Source: Candidatus Marinacidobacterales bacterium
Lineage (GTDB): Bacteria; Acidobacteriota; Vicinamibacteria; Marinacidobacterales; SMYC01
DNA length: 64,000 nt
Direction: 5' to 3'
Assembly (NCBI GenBank): GCA_965237955.1
Contig: OZ250169.1
Coordinates: 6,912,001 to 6,976,000, forward strand
Shown: positions 11,208 through 22,483 of the stretch, piece by piece
How positions within the stretch are numbered: position 1 is the stretch's first letter
Layout: the number at the start of each line of letters is the position of its first letter
Position numbers and translations under genes: made by a program
The notes under the pieces: generated by a model
The model's database searches: none
The model's input: only the letters and a program-made list of their open reading frames with translations
Told to the model about the DNA's origin: nothing

Positions 11208-11957
11208 ATGACACTTCCCAAGACGGTTACCAACACCGAATCCGGCACGAGCATCGAAGAGATCGCCGAGGACCTGTTTCGCATCAGCACTCCGATTGAT
11301 CCCGAGGTCATGCCGGGTGGCTTCACCTTCAACCAGTTTCTGATTGTCGACGACGAGCCCCTTCTCTTTCACACTGGGCCCCGCCGTCTTTTCCCCGTCA
11401 CTCGGGACGCCGTCCAGCACGTTCTTCCGCTCGAGCGCCTCCGTTTCATCGCTTTTTCTCACGTGGAAGCCGACGAGTGCGGTTCTCTGAACGATTGGCT
11501 GCGAGCGGCACCGAGCTCCCAGCCGCTCTGTAGCGGCATTGCCGCCATGGTGTCCATCACCGACCTCGCCGACCGGCCGCCCCGCAGTCTCGCGGACGGC
11601 GAGCAAGTGTCACTCGGCCGGCACCGGCTCACCTGGATGGCCACACCCCACCTCCCCCACGGATGGGAATGCGGCTATTTCTACGACGAGCGCTCCCGAA
11701 CGCTCCTGTGCGGCGACCTGTTCAGTCAGCCGGGGCACGAGGTCCCCGCGGTCAGCACCTCCGAGGCTGCCATCTGGGAGCCGAGCGAGGCGTTTCGCGG
11801 ATCGTTTTCCTACTACGCGAGCCTTCGCGACCCCAAGGCCCTCACCGAGAAGCTCGCCGCGAACGAGCCCGAGCTACTCGCCTGCATGCACGGGTCCTCT
11901 TACCGGGGAGACGGCGCGAGGTTGCTGCGACGGCTCGGCGAGGCGCTCGCCGCCTGA
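11208..11957 (+). CDS. MBL-fold di-iron protein (FprA/ODP-like)
   Basis: FSHVEADECG, TPHLPHGW, LCGDLF, CMHGS; AAGGAG RBS. Confidence 0.85.
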   Translation: MTLPKTVTNTESGTSIEEIAEDLFRISTPIDPEVMPGGFTFNQFLIVDDEPLLFHTGPRRLFPVTRDAVQHVLPLERLRFIAFSHVEADECGSLNDWLRAAPSSQPLCSGIAAMVSITDLADRPPRSLADGEQVSLGRHRLTWMATPHLPHGWECGYFYDERSRTLLCGDLFSQPGHEVPAVSTSEAAIWEPSEAFRGSFSYYASLRDPKALTEKLAANEPELLACMHGSSYRGDGARLLRRLGEALAA

Positions 11958-12189
11958 ATCAACGACGAGCGCTTCCTTGCCCTCGATGCCACTGCGACAG
12001 CCCGACCGCAAGTAGCCCCGCTCAGGAGCTCACGCCGGGGCACGCCCTTCGACAGCGCCCGCGACGGCCGGCTCGTCGTGTCGAACATCCTGATCGGCGG
12101 GCGGAACAGCTCGGACCGTCCGAAGCTGGTGGTGGTGCTGAACTGGTTCGAAGTCGTCGAGCGGCTGGCGCCGAAGCGTTAGACGTTCC

Positions 12190-13323
12190 TCAGACGGACT
12201 CTTTGAAGATCTCGACCAGTGTCCCAGCGTCCGTACGATTCAAAGTGGCGTTGACGGCAACGAGGAAACCGCCGAGCTCGGGTCTGGGCCTCGACAACAG
12301 AACGCCTTTCGTCCTCAGATTGTCGCGTAACGTTTCCAAGTCTGTTCCCCGGACGATCAATTTGAAGATGTTACTGCCGTTGGGAATCTTCTCGATATCG
12401 AAGGAGCTCTCTTGCTTCAGTAACGAGAAAAACTCGGTCGCGGTTTGGATCGCTCTGGCGTAATCCGCCTCGAAACGCTCGAAATAGTGTAGAGCCACGG
12501 CGGCGAATGGCCACGCGCCGGGAAGTCCACCACCGAACATCCGCCGGGTGTGATACATCCCGTCGATCACTTCGTTCGACCCGGCCAGGATCGCGCCCGA
12601 CACCCCGTTGAAGTACTTGAAAGTCGATACGTAGACCGTATCGAAATGGGATGCATACTCCCTCGGTGCAATTCCCGTGTATCCCGATGCCATATAGAGC
12701 CGGGCGCCATCCAGGTGGGTTTTGATGCCGTTGTCTCTGGCGAAAGCACAGACCTTTTTCATTTCCCCGTAGTCGAACATCTCGCCGAGCTTCCGCCGAA
12801 CAGGCGACTCGATCATGATGGCGCCGACGCCGGTCGTCACCCTACCGGAGCTCGTACGGTCGACGACTTGCCTGACTTGCTCGAGCGTGAACGTCGCCGT
12901 ATCGGAAACCAAGGGCACGAGGTTGAGCCGGCTCAACTGCTGCGCGCAGTCGCCGGAATCGTTATAGAGATGGCTGTCATGGGGAACGATGACTCGAGTT
13001 CTCTCCCCTGCCAGTTCCCTTACGGCAATGTGATTGGCGAGCGTGCCGGTGGGAAAATAAATCGCCCGCTCTTTTCCCAGGGCCTCGGCCATCTTGGTCT
13101 CCAGCTCCTCGACGACGCCTCCTCGTGAATAAGAGTCCGCTTCGATGCCCTTGTCGTCGATGATCTTCTGGAGCAGGTCGACATATTCCGCGGGAGTAAG
13201 CGAGAGACCAGAACCAAAGAGCTTGACGCGGTCTTCGGCTACCGCTGCGCTCGAAAACGTAGCGCCCAGAAACGGCGTCGCGGTCATCACTTTCATAAAA
13301 CTTCTGCGCCCGGCAGGATTCAT
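12190..13323 (-). CDS. Threonine aldolase-like PLP enzyme with Tat signal
   Basis: GRRSFMK twin-arginine motif; PTGTLAN, HLDGARL, STFKYF. Confidence 0.85.
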   Translation of the reverse strand: MNPAGRRSFMKVMTATPFLGATFSSAAVAEDRVKLFGSGLSLTPAEYVDLLQKIIDDKGIEADSYSRGGVVEELETKMAEALGKERAIYFPTGTLANHIAVRELAGERTRVIVPHDSHLYNDSGDCAQQLSRLNLVPLVSDTATFTLEQVRQVVDRTSSGRVTTGVGAIMIESPVRRKLGEMFDYGEMKKVCAFARDNGIKTHLDGARLYMASGYTGIAPREYASHFDTVYVSTFKYFNGVSGAILAGSNEVIDGMYHTRRMFGGGLPGAWPFAAVALHYFERFEADYARAIQTATEFFSLLKQESSFDIEKIPNGSNIFKLIVRGTDLETLRDNLRTKGVLLSRPRPELGGFLVAVNATLNRTDAGTLVEIFKESV

Positions 13324-13439
13324 CTGTGCTCCTTCTCCAAAAAATGGAATCTATCATCAACCGTTCTTGCGAGGTCATCGAACGACGGCCTTGACGCATC
13401 GAAACAAATTCAAGACAACCGGGAGGTTTCTGCCGCGGA

Positions 13440-13712
13440 TTTCGTCTTATATAATCACCACAGCCAGCACGGTCGTTCGAGAGGCCGATCGAGGCGTCCG
13501 CGTCGACGCCCCTCACGATGTGCCCTTGCGAATCCGCTCCATTTCGCTTCCGCGGTAGTCCTCGATCGAATCGTTCATCTCCTCGACCGTGACAGGCCGC
13601 TGATCGCGTCGCTTCAGGAACCCAAACAAATCACGCACCGAGCCTTTGATGGTTCGCACTCGGACCGTGCCGTCGTCTTCGATGATGAACTCCGACTCGT
13701 CGCCGTCGACAT
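13440..13712 (-). pseudogene. Decayed AbrB-type antitoxin / VapC (PIN) toxin pair
   Basis: Antitoxin C-part EFIIEDDGTVRVR...FGFLKR...PVTVEEMN ends at 13513; overlapping GTG starts MRGVD fused directly to a VapC-like C-terminal ADASIGLSNDRAGC. Confidence 0.6.
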
Positions 13713-13785
13713 TCCTTGCCTCATGTCATTGCCTTACGTTAAGTAAGAGTAGCTCATTTAACTTCTCGTCTTTGGCCGGACAGGG

Positions 13786-15297
13786 CTAGCGGACGGTGAT
13801 GATGGCTGCCATCGTGACGATGCTGTCGAAGAAGTGCCCTAGTCGCACGTTCTCGTTGGGACTGTGCTGATTGTTGTCGAAGTTGACCGTGGGCACTGCG
13901 ACGGCGGGGAAGCCGAGGGCGGCGATGAACGGCGAGATCGGCACCGTGCCGCCCGTGGTGCGAATGCGGAGTGGCGTGGCGTTCCACATCTCGGTAAGAG
14001 CGTCCACGACGCGGCGGGCCTGAGGGTCGTCGAGGTCGGTGCGGAAGGCATTCGTTCCCGCACCACGGCGGTCGATCCGAATTAGCCGCCCGTACGCCGC
14101 TCGGGTCGCATCATCCGGCCCGTCATCTTCAGTGACGATGTGATATCCCTGATTGCGAATGTGCCGGAGCACTTTCTCGTACATCACGTCCGCCGGCGTT
14201 TCTTTCACCAGTCGTACGTCGATCGCGGCGATGGCGGTATCGGGCACGATCGTCCGAGCTTCCGCGCCCACCCATGCGCTCGAAAGCCCTTTTACGTTCA
14301 GCGAAGGGTACTGAATGGCTTCCTGCAGCGTGCTCCCAACCTGGTCCGTCTCGGAAAAACCAAAGAGGCGCTTCAACGCGTCGAGATCGTCGGGCACCGA
14401 GTCGAGCACTTCCTTGGTCGCAACGTCGAGCTCGATGCCGTCGTAGAACCCTTCGATGACGACGCGGCCATCGTTGTCTTTCATCGACGCGAGGAGCTGG
14501 GCCAATCGCATCGCGGGATTGGGAGCCCAGTTACCATAGTGGCCGCTATGCAGAGGGAACTTCGGGCCGTAGACCGTGAGCTCCATCGTCAGATTGCCTC
14601 GTGCGCCGTATTTCACCGTGGGCTTGCCGCTGGGATGAAGCGGACCGTCGAGAATGAGCATCAGGTCAGCCCCGAGCTGGTCACGGTAGCGTTCGATGGC
14701 AGGGACGAGACTCGGTGAGCCCGCCTCTTCCTCACCATCGAGGATCACTCGGATGTTCGAGCTCGGCTCGACGCCGGCGGCAGCGAGAGCATCGGTCGCC
14801 GCGAGGATGGCGATGATCGGCGCCGTGTCGTCGGACGCCGAGCGTGCGTAGATTCTCCAGTCGTCGTCGAAGCGGGATTGAGCGTCGAAATCGAGAACAC
14901 GATCGTTGTCGCCGAGCTTTGCATCTCTCAGCACCGGTCGAAACGGATCGTCTTGTTCCCAGCGCGAGGGGTCGACCGGCTGCCCGTCGTAGTGAGCGTA
15001 AAGAAGGAGGGTTCGTTCCGCACCCGGCGTTTTTCTTTCGGCCCAGACGAGCGGATTGCCCTCCGTTTCCAGGAGCTCGGCATCGAACCCTCGCTCTCGA
15101 AACCGCTCGAGTAGAAAGCTCGCCTTCCTGCGCGCGTTTTCCCTGTGGGCGGCCACTGCCGGAATGGAAAGCGCCTGCCACAGCTCGGTGAGGATCGGCT
15201 TTTCGTGCTCGTCCACGTAGGTCTCGATCTGTTGCCGCAGCTCCTGCGCGGCGGTGGGTGTCGCAAGGGCGAGAAGGACGGCAAGAGTTCTCTTCAT
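13786..15297 (-). CDS. Secreted M20/M25/M40 metallopeptidase
   Basis: YAHYDGQP, RSASDD, GEEEAGS, HSGHYG, NQHSPNEN. Confidence 0.9.
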   Translation of the reverse strand: MKRTLAVLLALATPTAAQELRQQIETYVDEHEKPILTELWQALSIPAVAAHRENARRKASFLLERFRERGFDAELLETEGNPLVWAERKTPGAERTLLLYAHYDGQPVDPSRWEQDDPFRPVLRDAKLGDNDRVLDFDAQSRFDDDWRIYARSASDDTAPIIAILAATDALAAAGVEPSSNIRVILDGEEEAGSPSLVPAIERYRDQLGADLMLILDGPLHPSGKPTVKYGARGNLTMELTVYGPKFPLHSGHYGNWAPNPAMRLAQLLASMKDNDGRVVIEGFYDGIELDVATKEVLDSVPDDLDALKRLFGFSETDQVGSTLQEAIQYPSLNVKGLSSAWVGAEARTIVPDTAIAAIDVRLVKETPADVMYEKVLRHIRNQGYHIVTEDDGPDDATRAAYGRLIRIDRRGAGTNAFRTDLDDPQARRVVDALTEMWNATPLRIRTTGGTVPISPFIAALGFPAVAVPTVNFDNNQHSPNENVRLGHFFDSIVTMAAIITVR

Positions 15298-15337
15298 GAT
15301 TAAGGCGCGGGTACGAGGCGCTTCAACTCTTCGAACC

Positions 15338-16635
15338 AGGATCGAAAAACATCTATCGTCATGCTGGATCTCCCCGTAGAGAAGGCTCGATGTGATATCC
15401 GAGTTTGCGCAGGTCGCGGATCATATTTGGCAATGCGTCGTTTGGAGCGCGCGCGGCTAACGTTGGGGCCACGTTCCTCATAGTCAACGCCCTGGTGGAG
15501 AATCTTCCAGATTAAACGACACAACCGATGGGCAACGGCCCAGATGGCTTGCGCGTGCCCCAGGCGTGGAACCAAGCGCCGGTACACGAGCTGGAAGAAA
15601 CTCCCTTTGGTCTTGACGGCCGCGTTGGCGGCTTGATTGAGGAGGCGGCGCATCGGCCGACTGCCTTTGGGCGAGCGATGGCTGTAGCTTTTGCCGGCGC
15701 TTTCGTGCTCTCCGGGGCACACGCCCACCCAGGACGCGAGGTGCTTGGCCGACGGAAACGTCTCGGCGCTCGCCCCGACTTCCGCGATGATCTGCTGCGC
15801 CGAATCCACGCCGAGCCCAGGCACTTCAGCGAGTCGTTGCACAGCTGCTTGATGCTCGCCGAGCAGATGCGCCATCTCTTCATCGAGTTGCGCGCTCTGC
15901 TCTTCGAGCAATCGTAATTCCTCGAGCGTCATTTGCACGAGCTTCCGATAGGCGGGGTTGAGATCGGCACACGCGCCGAGCGCATCGCACAACTGCTCGG
16001 GCGTGGCACGCAATCGACGGTCGGCCAACTCCGCCAAGCGGGCCGGCTCCGTTTCCCCGTCCGCCAAGGCTTGCAACATCCGCCGCGCACTCAGCCCCAG
16101 AAGATCCGACACCAGGCTCGACAACTTCAGATGCGCTTCCTCCAGCAACGACTCTAGGCGGTTTTGGAGCTGAACCCGGTTACGCGTGAACTGGTACTTG
16201 CGGCGCATCACCGTTCGCCACAGGCGCTGCTCCGGCTCGGGAACGAAGCTTAGAGTCAGCTCCTGCGCCACCAAACGCTTCACCAATCGTTCGGCATCCG
16301 GAAAATCCCGCTTCCGACCCCGCGCGCCGCGATTCGACTTTGCTTGCGCCAGATGCAAGTTGCCCGACTGCGCACCCGCGCCCGGCCGAGCTCGGCACTG
16401 CGGAGCCCAGGACCGCTCCAACGCCTCCCACACCGGGCGCCAATATTGCGCGGTCGATTCCATCACTACTTCATCGACCCCCTCGGCCACCAGCCACTCC
16501 GCCAGAGCCCGAAGCTCACTCGGTCTCGTGCCCACACGCCGGCGCGAAAACTTATACTCGCCCTCTACTGCGATGTCGGCGACCACCACCGCCAGCATCT
16601 TCTTGTGAACGTCTATCCCAGCAATCCGGTTTGGT
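15338..16635 (-). mobile_element. IS110 family transposase/recombinase; 5' end missing, C-terminal frameshift
   Basis: RIAGIDVHKK, MESTAQYW, KRDFPDA, VPGLG, ESAGK; last residues MIRDLRKLGY are in another frame near 15425. Confidence 0.88.
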
Positions 16636-16857
16636 GTGCCGCGGCTTTTCAACCTGCGCCGCGACCCGTTCGAGAGAGCCGATTACGAATCTGACTTCTA
16701 CACGCAGTTCTTCATCGACCACATGTTCGTGATGGTTCCCGCTCAGACGTACGTTGCGCAGTTCCTGCAAACGTTTCAGAAGTTCCCGCCGCGCCAGACG
16801 CCGGCGAGCTTCACCATCGACCAGGTGCTGCAGAAGATGGCACCTCCGTCGAACTAG
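16636..16857 (+). pseudogene. Arylsulfatase C-terminal fragment
   Basis: PRLFNLRRDPFERAD...FPPRQTPASFTIDQ. Confidence 0.75.
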
Positions 16858-16863
16858 CCAGTT

Positions 16864-16893
16864 CGGGTGGCCCCTCGAGGAAGGGGCCACCCG
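16864..16893. terminator. GC-rich hairpin between convergent fragments
   Basis: CGGGTGGCCCCT / AGGGGCCACCCG 12-bp stem; no U-tract. Confidence 0.55.
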
Positions 16894-16897
16894 CCCG

Positions 16898-17090
16898 TTA
16901 CCGCCGCTTGATGACGACGACGCTGATATCGTCCGTTGGTGTGGCGAACGTCCGCATGTCTCTCGTGATCGCCTGAACGATATCGCTCGCGCTCTCGCAC
17001 TTGGTGTCCCGCACGACCTGCTCGAGACAAGCGGGGACAAAGCTGATGTCACCGTCGCCGTGCTCGAGCAGTCCATCCGTCGAGTGCAGG
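16898..17090 (-). pseudogene. PP2C/SpoIIE phosphatase C-terminal fragment
   Basis: STDGLLE ... TDDISVVVIKR. Confidence 0.7.
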
Positions 17091-17295
17091 GGGATCTGGG
17101 CCATCTTGGATCCAACGGCGATGGAGACGTATGCGTCCTCTGGACACGCAAGCTACTTGAAGCAGACGTTCGCCGAAGCGTGGGGGCCCAAGTTGGGGAT
17201 GATCCTGATTGGCATCGGGGCGCTGGCTCTGGTCGGTTTGCACCAGACGGAATGAGCGCTGTGGTGATGACAGGTTGACTGGGGTATACATTAAT

Positions 17296-18679
17296 GGGTC
17301 TACGCGGGTTCGTGTGGGTTGAAAACGGCATTTCTGGGTAATGGCGGAAGGAATGCCGCCACGATCTTCAGCTTGAGATATCCCTCGTCACGATAGCCGT
17401 AGGCGCGTCGTTGCAGAACACGGATTTTGTTGTTGACCCCTTCAACCAGTCCGAGACTGACTTTGTTCTCAGGATGACAGTAGGAGGCGATACCATCCCA
17501 ATGGGACTCAATCATTCCGGCGAACTTCTGGTAGGGATGCAGGCGCTGCCATTTGAGGCTGTCTTTCCAACGTGTGAAAAAGGCGCGAGCCCCGCGTTCG
17601 GTGCGGTAATCCCAGAGTTGCCCGAAGGCCTCCTTCAAAACATAGGCGGTGTTCAGGCGCCGGTTGGCCTGGAGCAACTTCTTGAGTGCGCGGCGACCGT
17701 CCAGGCTCAGGTTCTCCCGCCGGGAAAGCAACGTGTAACGCTGCCCCTTGATATACGACCGGTCCTCGCCGCTGAGGCGTTTGTACTCACGGCGCCGGAC
17801 CTCATCGAGAGCCTTTGACAGGTGACGCATGATATGAAACTTGTCGAAGATGATCCGCGCATTGGGTGCGTTGTTAATCACCGAGTTCCGGAAGGGCTTC
17901 CACATATCCATGGCGGCCAGCTTGATACGGGCGCTTTTCTTCCCGCCCAGCGCCTTGAAGAACAAATCGATGTCGGTTTCTTTGCGACCCTCACCGCCCA
18001 CCCAGATGGGACGCGCCCGCTCCAGGTCGCTGACAATGACACGATAGTTATGTCCCTTGCGGATGGAGATCTCATCGATACCGATGGCCCGAGGCGCCGG
18101 CAGCCCCGCCCGCTCGACTTGCTCTTGCATGTAGAGCTTATCCAGGTCCTTCACCGTAGTGTGGTGCAGACGTTCCATCTCGGCCACCGCCTTGTTCGGC
18201 ATATCCCGGCACAGCTTGCCCACATGCGTCGCAAAGCGCTGGGTGTAGCGCGGGTTGTTCGCCAGCCAGTCCAAGTGTTCTACATGCACACCACCGCACC
18301 CACGACAGTTGACGCGCCAACGCTCGTATTCCAGATAGATCCGCCAGCCTGCCAACGACAGGTCGCGGACCCGGCACACTTGCTTGTCATAGCGCCCCCG
18401 GCACCGATGCCCACAGTACGAGCACACGGCTGTTTTTTTCGCCTCTTGAGCTGGATGACGCGGGCGTATCGGTCACCGAATACACCGTTCAATCGGGCGC
18501 CAGCCACGAAACCTGGTAGCGCAAAAAGCGAGCGGATCGACTGGGGATTTTTCACTCGGTTAGCCTATCCGAAAAACGGATCACTTCTCAGCACCTGATG
18601 AAGTGCTGAATACCTTTTCCACACAATGAGTTACACTATTTCTCCGTCAGCATTCGCCCACAGATTTCCGCGTAGACCC
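17296..18679 (-). mobile_element. ISL3 family insertion sequence, complete, 8-bp TSD
   Basis: Imperfect 23-bp IRs starting GGGTCTACGCGG; ACATTAAT duplicated at 17288-17295 and 18680-18687. Confidence 0.95.
17300..18555 (-). CDS. ISL3 transposase, expressed by -1 frameshift at an A7 run
   Basis: orfA MKNPQS...KRRKK shifts at 18433-18439 into TAVCSYCG; GIDE, MDMW, FDKFH, EGVNNKI. Confidence 0.85.
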
Positions 18680-18688
18680 ACATTAATA

Positions 18689-19921
18689 ATGACGAGCCCT
18701 AGAACGATAACGCGGATCGCCGTCTCTGCTTGTTTTTTCACTCTCGCTCACGGTGTTTTCGCGCAGGATTGGCCGCAGTGGCGCGGACCGAACCGCGACG
18801 GGGCGGTGACGACTTTCAACGCGCCAGCGTCGTGGCCAAATCAGCTGACGGAGCGGTGGAAGGTCGATATCGGCTACGGCTATGCGACGCCGATTCTCAT
18901 CGGTGACCGGATCTATATGTTCACCCGCCAGGGCGAAGACGAGGTGATGTCGGCGCTCGACGCCGCATCCGGCGACGGAATCTGGCGCACGAGCTACCCG
19001 GCCCCGTTCGATATGAACCCGGCGACGCAGCGCCACGGCCCCGGCCCGAAGTCGACACCCGCGTTTGCCGACGGCCGGTTGTTCACGCTGGGGATGACTG
19101 GCACCGTGACCGCGTTCGATGCCGAGACCGGGCGACAGCTCTGGCAGAAGTCTGGCCAGCCGGTGGAGCCGCTCTACCACACGGCAACTTCCCCCATCGT
19201 CGACGACGATCTCGTGATCCTTCACGTCGGCGGGCACAACGATGGAGCACTCACCGCTTTCGACGTCACCACCGGCGATGTCCGATGGAGCTGGGGCGGC
19301 GACGGTCCAGCCTACGGGTCACCGATGATATTCGAGCTTTCGGGAACGCGGCAGGTCGTGACGTTCACACAAGAGAATTTCGTCGGGGTCTCGCTCGCAA
19401 CGGGTGAGCTCTTGTGGCGTCGCCCCTATACGACGCCGAGCACGACGACGTCGCAAACGCCCATCCTTTACAAGGAGACCGTGATCGAAGCCGGGCGCGG
19501 CAACGGCATCACGGCGATTCGTGTCGCTCGCCAGGGCGACGCGTGGACGACCGAAAACGTTTGGTACACCGATGAAGTCTCGTTGAACATGACCAACGGC
19601 GTTGCCATCGACGGCGTGCTGTTCGGGCTATCGCACTTGAACAGTGGCCAATACTTCGCCCTCGACCTCGAAAGCGGTGAGGTCCTGTGGAAGAGCGGGC
19701 CACGCCAAGCAGAAAACGCCGGGATCGTTCGTGCGGGCAATACGATCTTTTCTCTCCAGGATGACGGAGAGCTTGTCGTGGTCCGTCACAGCCGCACCGG
19801 ATTCGATGTGCTCGAGCGCTACGAAGTCGCGAACAGCCCGACGTGGACGCTGCCGACCGTCTCCGGTAACCGCATCTTCGTGAAAGACGTTTCGACGCTG
19901 ACGCTATTCGCTCTCGAGTGA
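18689..19921 (+). CDS. Secreted PQQ-like beta-propeller repeat protein
   Basis: QDWPQWRGPNRDG and repeated A.D..TG...W motifs; ATG directly after the ISL3 TSD. Confidence 0.88.
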   Translation: MTSPRTITRIAVSACFFTLAHGVFAQDWPQWRGPNRDGAVTTFNAPASWPNQLTERWKVDIGYGYATPILIGDRIYMFTRQGEDEVMSALDAASGDGIWRTSYPAPFDMNPATQRHGPGPKSTPAFADGRLFTLGMTGTVTAFDAETGRQLWQKSGQPVEPLYHTATSPIVDDDLVILHVGGHNDGALTAFDVTTGDVRWSWGGDGPAYGSPMIFELSGTRQVVTFTQENFVGVSLATGELLWRRPYTTPSTTTSQTPILYKETVIEAGRGNGITAIRVARQGDAWTTENVWYTDEVSLNMTNGVAIDGVLFGLSHLNSGQYFALDLESGEVLWKSGPRQAENAGIVRAGNTIFSLQDDGELVVVRHSRTGFDVLERYEVANSPTWTLPTVSGNRIFVKDVSTLTLFALE

Positions 19922-19949
19922 ATCGCGATCCTCAACGCTTCGTCGTGAC

Positions 19950-20370
19950 GCACCCAGATACATCAGCGTCGCGATGAATTCGATGACCTCGTTCAGGGCG
20001 CCAAAGCCCATCCCACCAGCGACCGCCAACACAAGCATGCCGAAGGTCGGGCGCACGTTCTTCGCGCTGGCCGACATCAGCATGGCCTCGAGTGCTTGTA
20101 AGCGTGGACGATCTGGTCGTATTTCAACTTGTCGGGAATCAGCCAAAGGCTGTAGAACACCTGGTGCTCCCCGTCGTAGGGCCATCCGTCGGGAAGTGGC
20201 AAAAGGCCTCCCATCATATGGGCCAAACCCCAAACGCTGAGAGCCCACAACGCGCCCGACGTCAGACTCACCCGGAAATGCACCCACCATACGGCTTCGA
20301 TCAAGATGATCATCACCAAAATGTAGAAGCCGCGGTTCTTCTCGTCGCAAGAAAGTACGCCGCAGCAATC
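19950..20370 (-). pseudogene. DUF2238-like membrane protein, fragmented
   Basis: LAHMMGG, KYDQIVHAY and GFGALNEVIEF in different frames. Confidence 0.55.
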
Positions 20371-20549
20371 GATCAATGTCTCGAGGCACTCGAACGTTTT
20401 CCGGATTTTCCGATCACGTACTTTTACTTGGTGGAAATGTCGACTATCCCCCCCGACATGCCCGTTGCGCGCCTGACGAAAACAGGTATACTGCCTCTTC
20501 CCAGAAAGGGTCAATTTTTTTCCGTCTTCAACAACTAAAGGAGCAAGCC

Positions 20550-21109
20550 ATGGCCACCGCAAAAAGCCCAGTCGACAACGGCGTGAACGTCGAAGCGCTG
20601 CTCGGCGCACGCGAAGCGCTGACGAAAGAGCCGGGGGGCGCCAAGTTCCAATGGCGAGCGACGTGCAAGTGGGTGTACGGCACCCAAAGCCGGTCCACCA
20701 TCAAAGGATACTTCGGGCTCGGCGAGGAGCATCAGCACAAGACCGAGTTCAACTTCGACGCCGACCATCCCGAGGTCTTCGCATCCGAAGACAAGGGCGC
20801 CGCGCCGGTCGAGATGGTGCTGGCCGGCCTGGCCAGCTGCCTGACCGCTGGCGTCGCAGCCGTCGCCCAGCGTCGTGAGATCCAGTTGCGGTCGGTTTCA
20901 GCGACGATCGAAGCGGGGATGGACATCCAGGCATCCTCGGCATCGACAGCGACGTGCGCAACGGCTTCGACGGCATCAAGGTGACCTACACGATAGATGC
21001 CGACGCGACACCCGACGAGATCAAGGCCATCGTGGCCCAGTCACAAAAGCGCTCAGCCGTCTATGACATCATCGCGAACCCGACGAACATCACGGTCGAC
21101 GTCAGCTGA
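20550..21109 (+). CDS. OsmC-family protein (1-bp frameshift near 20930, probably sequencing error)
   Basis: NGVNVEAL, DADHP, LASCLTAG, then ILGIDSDVRNGF...KRSAVYD in shifted frame; AAGGAG RBS. Confidence 0.85.
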
Positions 21110-21142
21110 CCCACCGCATCGGGATTCGAAAAACTGGGTCCC

Positions 21143-22391
21143 GTGCGCACCACGACTCTCGTTATAGGAGCCGGCCACGCCGGGTTAGCGATGAGCCGGT
21201 GCCTCACCGACCGCTCGATCGATCACGTAGTCCTCGAGCGGGGGGTGGTGGCCAACTCGTGGAAGACCGAGCGATGGGACTCGCTGCGTCTGCTCACGCC
21301 CCAACTGGCAGAGCCGGTTGCCCGGCTACGGTTACGAGGGTAACGATCCCGACGGCTACCGCACGATGCCCGAGACCATCGCCTTCATCGAGCGCTATGC
21401 CGAAGTGATTTCGGCCCCTGTCCAGACCAACACCAGGGTGACGTCAGTGCGCCCGAGCGGCGATGGCTACGAGGTCGCGACCAACCAGGGCGACTGGCAA
21501 TGCCAGGCCGTCGTGCTCGCGACCGGAGCGTGCAACATCGCGCAGGTCCCAGCTCTCGCCCAGGCAGTGCCGTCGGCGATCACCACGCTCACCGCCATGC
21601 AGTACCGTAACCCCGACCAGATCGAGAAGGGTGGTGTGCTCGTCGTCGGCGCCTCGGCTACCGGCACACAGATCGCCGACGAGATTCACCGCTCGGGCCG
21701 GCCGACAACCCTTGCGGTGGGCGAGCACGTCCGGGCGCCCCGTGTCTATCGGGGTCGGGATATCGAGTGGTGGATGGACGCCGCCGGGGTGCTGAACGAT
21801 CGCTACGACGAGATCGACGACATCGTCCGTGCTCGGAACGTTCCATCGCTGCAACTCGCGGGCTCGCCCGAGCGTCGGACGGTCGATCTCAACTCGCTCA
21901 CCCGCATCGGCGTGAAGCTCATCGGGCGTCTTGTCAGTGTCAGTATCAGTGACGGCAAAGCGCAATTCTCGGGATCGCTGCGAAACCAATGCGCGCTCGC
22001 CGACCTCAAGATGACGAGGATCCTCGACAGGATCGACGAGTGGGCGGCGGACAACGGACTCGACGACCAAGTTGATCCACCGCACCGCTTCGAGCCCACC
22101 GAGGTCGAAGCATCACCGCCACTCGGCATCGACCTCAAAAACGGTGAGATCCGAACCATCGTCTGGGCGACCGGATTCCGTCCCGACTACTCGTGGCTCG
22201 ACGTGCCAGTGCTCGACCGCAAGGGCCGTATCCGCCACGACGGAGGCGTCGTCGAGTCCCCCGGGATGTACTTGATGGGCATACCGTTCCTCCGGCGCCG
22301 CAAGTCGAGTCTCATCGACGGCGCCGGCGACGATGCTCGCGACCTGAGCGCCCACCTCGCGTCCTATCTCGTCCGTGCTGGACAAAGTTAA
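21143..22391 (+). CDS. Flavin-dependent oxidoreductase/monooxygenase (frameshift in C run near 21300)
   Basis: VIGAGHAG, WDSLRLLTP, VVGASATG, WATGFRPD. Confidence 0.85.
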
Positions 22392-22392
22392 A

Positions 22393-22427
22393 TGGAGCCG
22401 ACGGGTCCCGATCTGCTGATTACGAAT
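22393..22427 (-). repeat. Degenerate copy of tRNA-Thr 3' half (att-like scar)
   Basis: TGGAGCCGACGGG and CTGCTGATTACGAAT are identical to tRNA segments at 29390-29402 and 29421-29435; T-arm deleted. Confidence 0.8.
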
Positions 22428-22483
22428 AGACAGGGCGTTGACGGGGTGGCGGACCCGGGCAACGCCGCGCGCGCATAGACACC

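Noticed and set aside
20550-22391. OsmC and flavoprotein as pseudogenes or programmed frameshifts
   Set aside because: Single-base indels in G/C runs with otherwise intact sequence; more likely long-read errors, as at about 63243 and 61590
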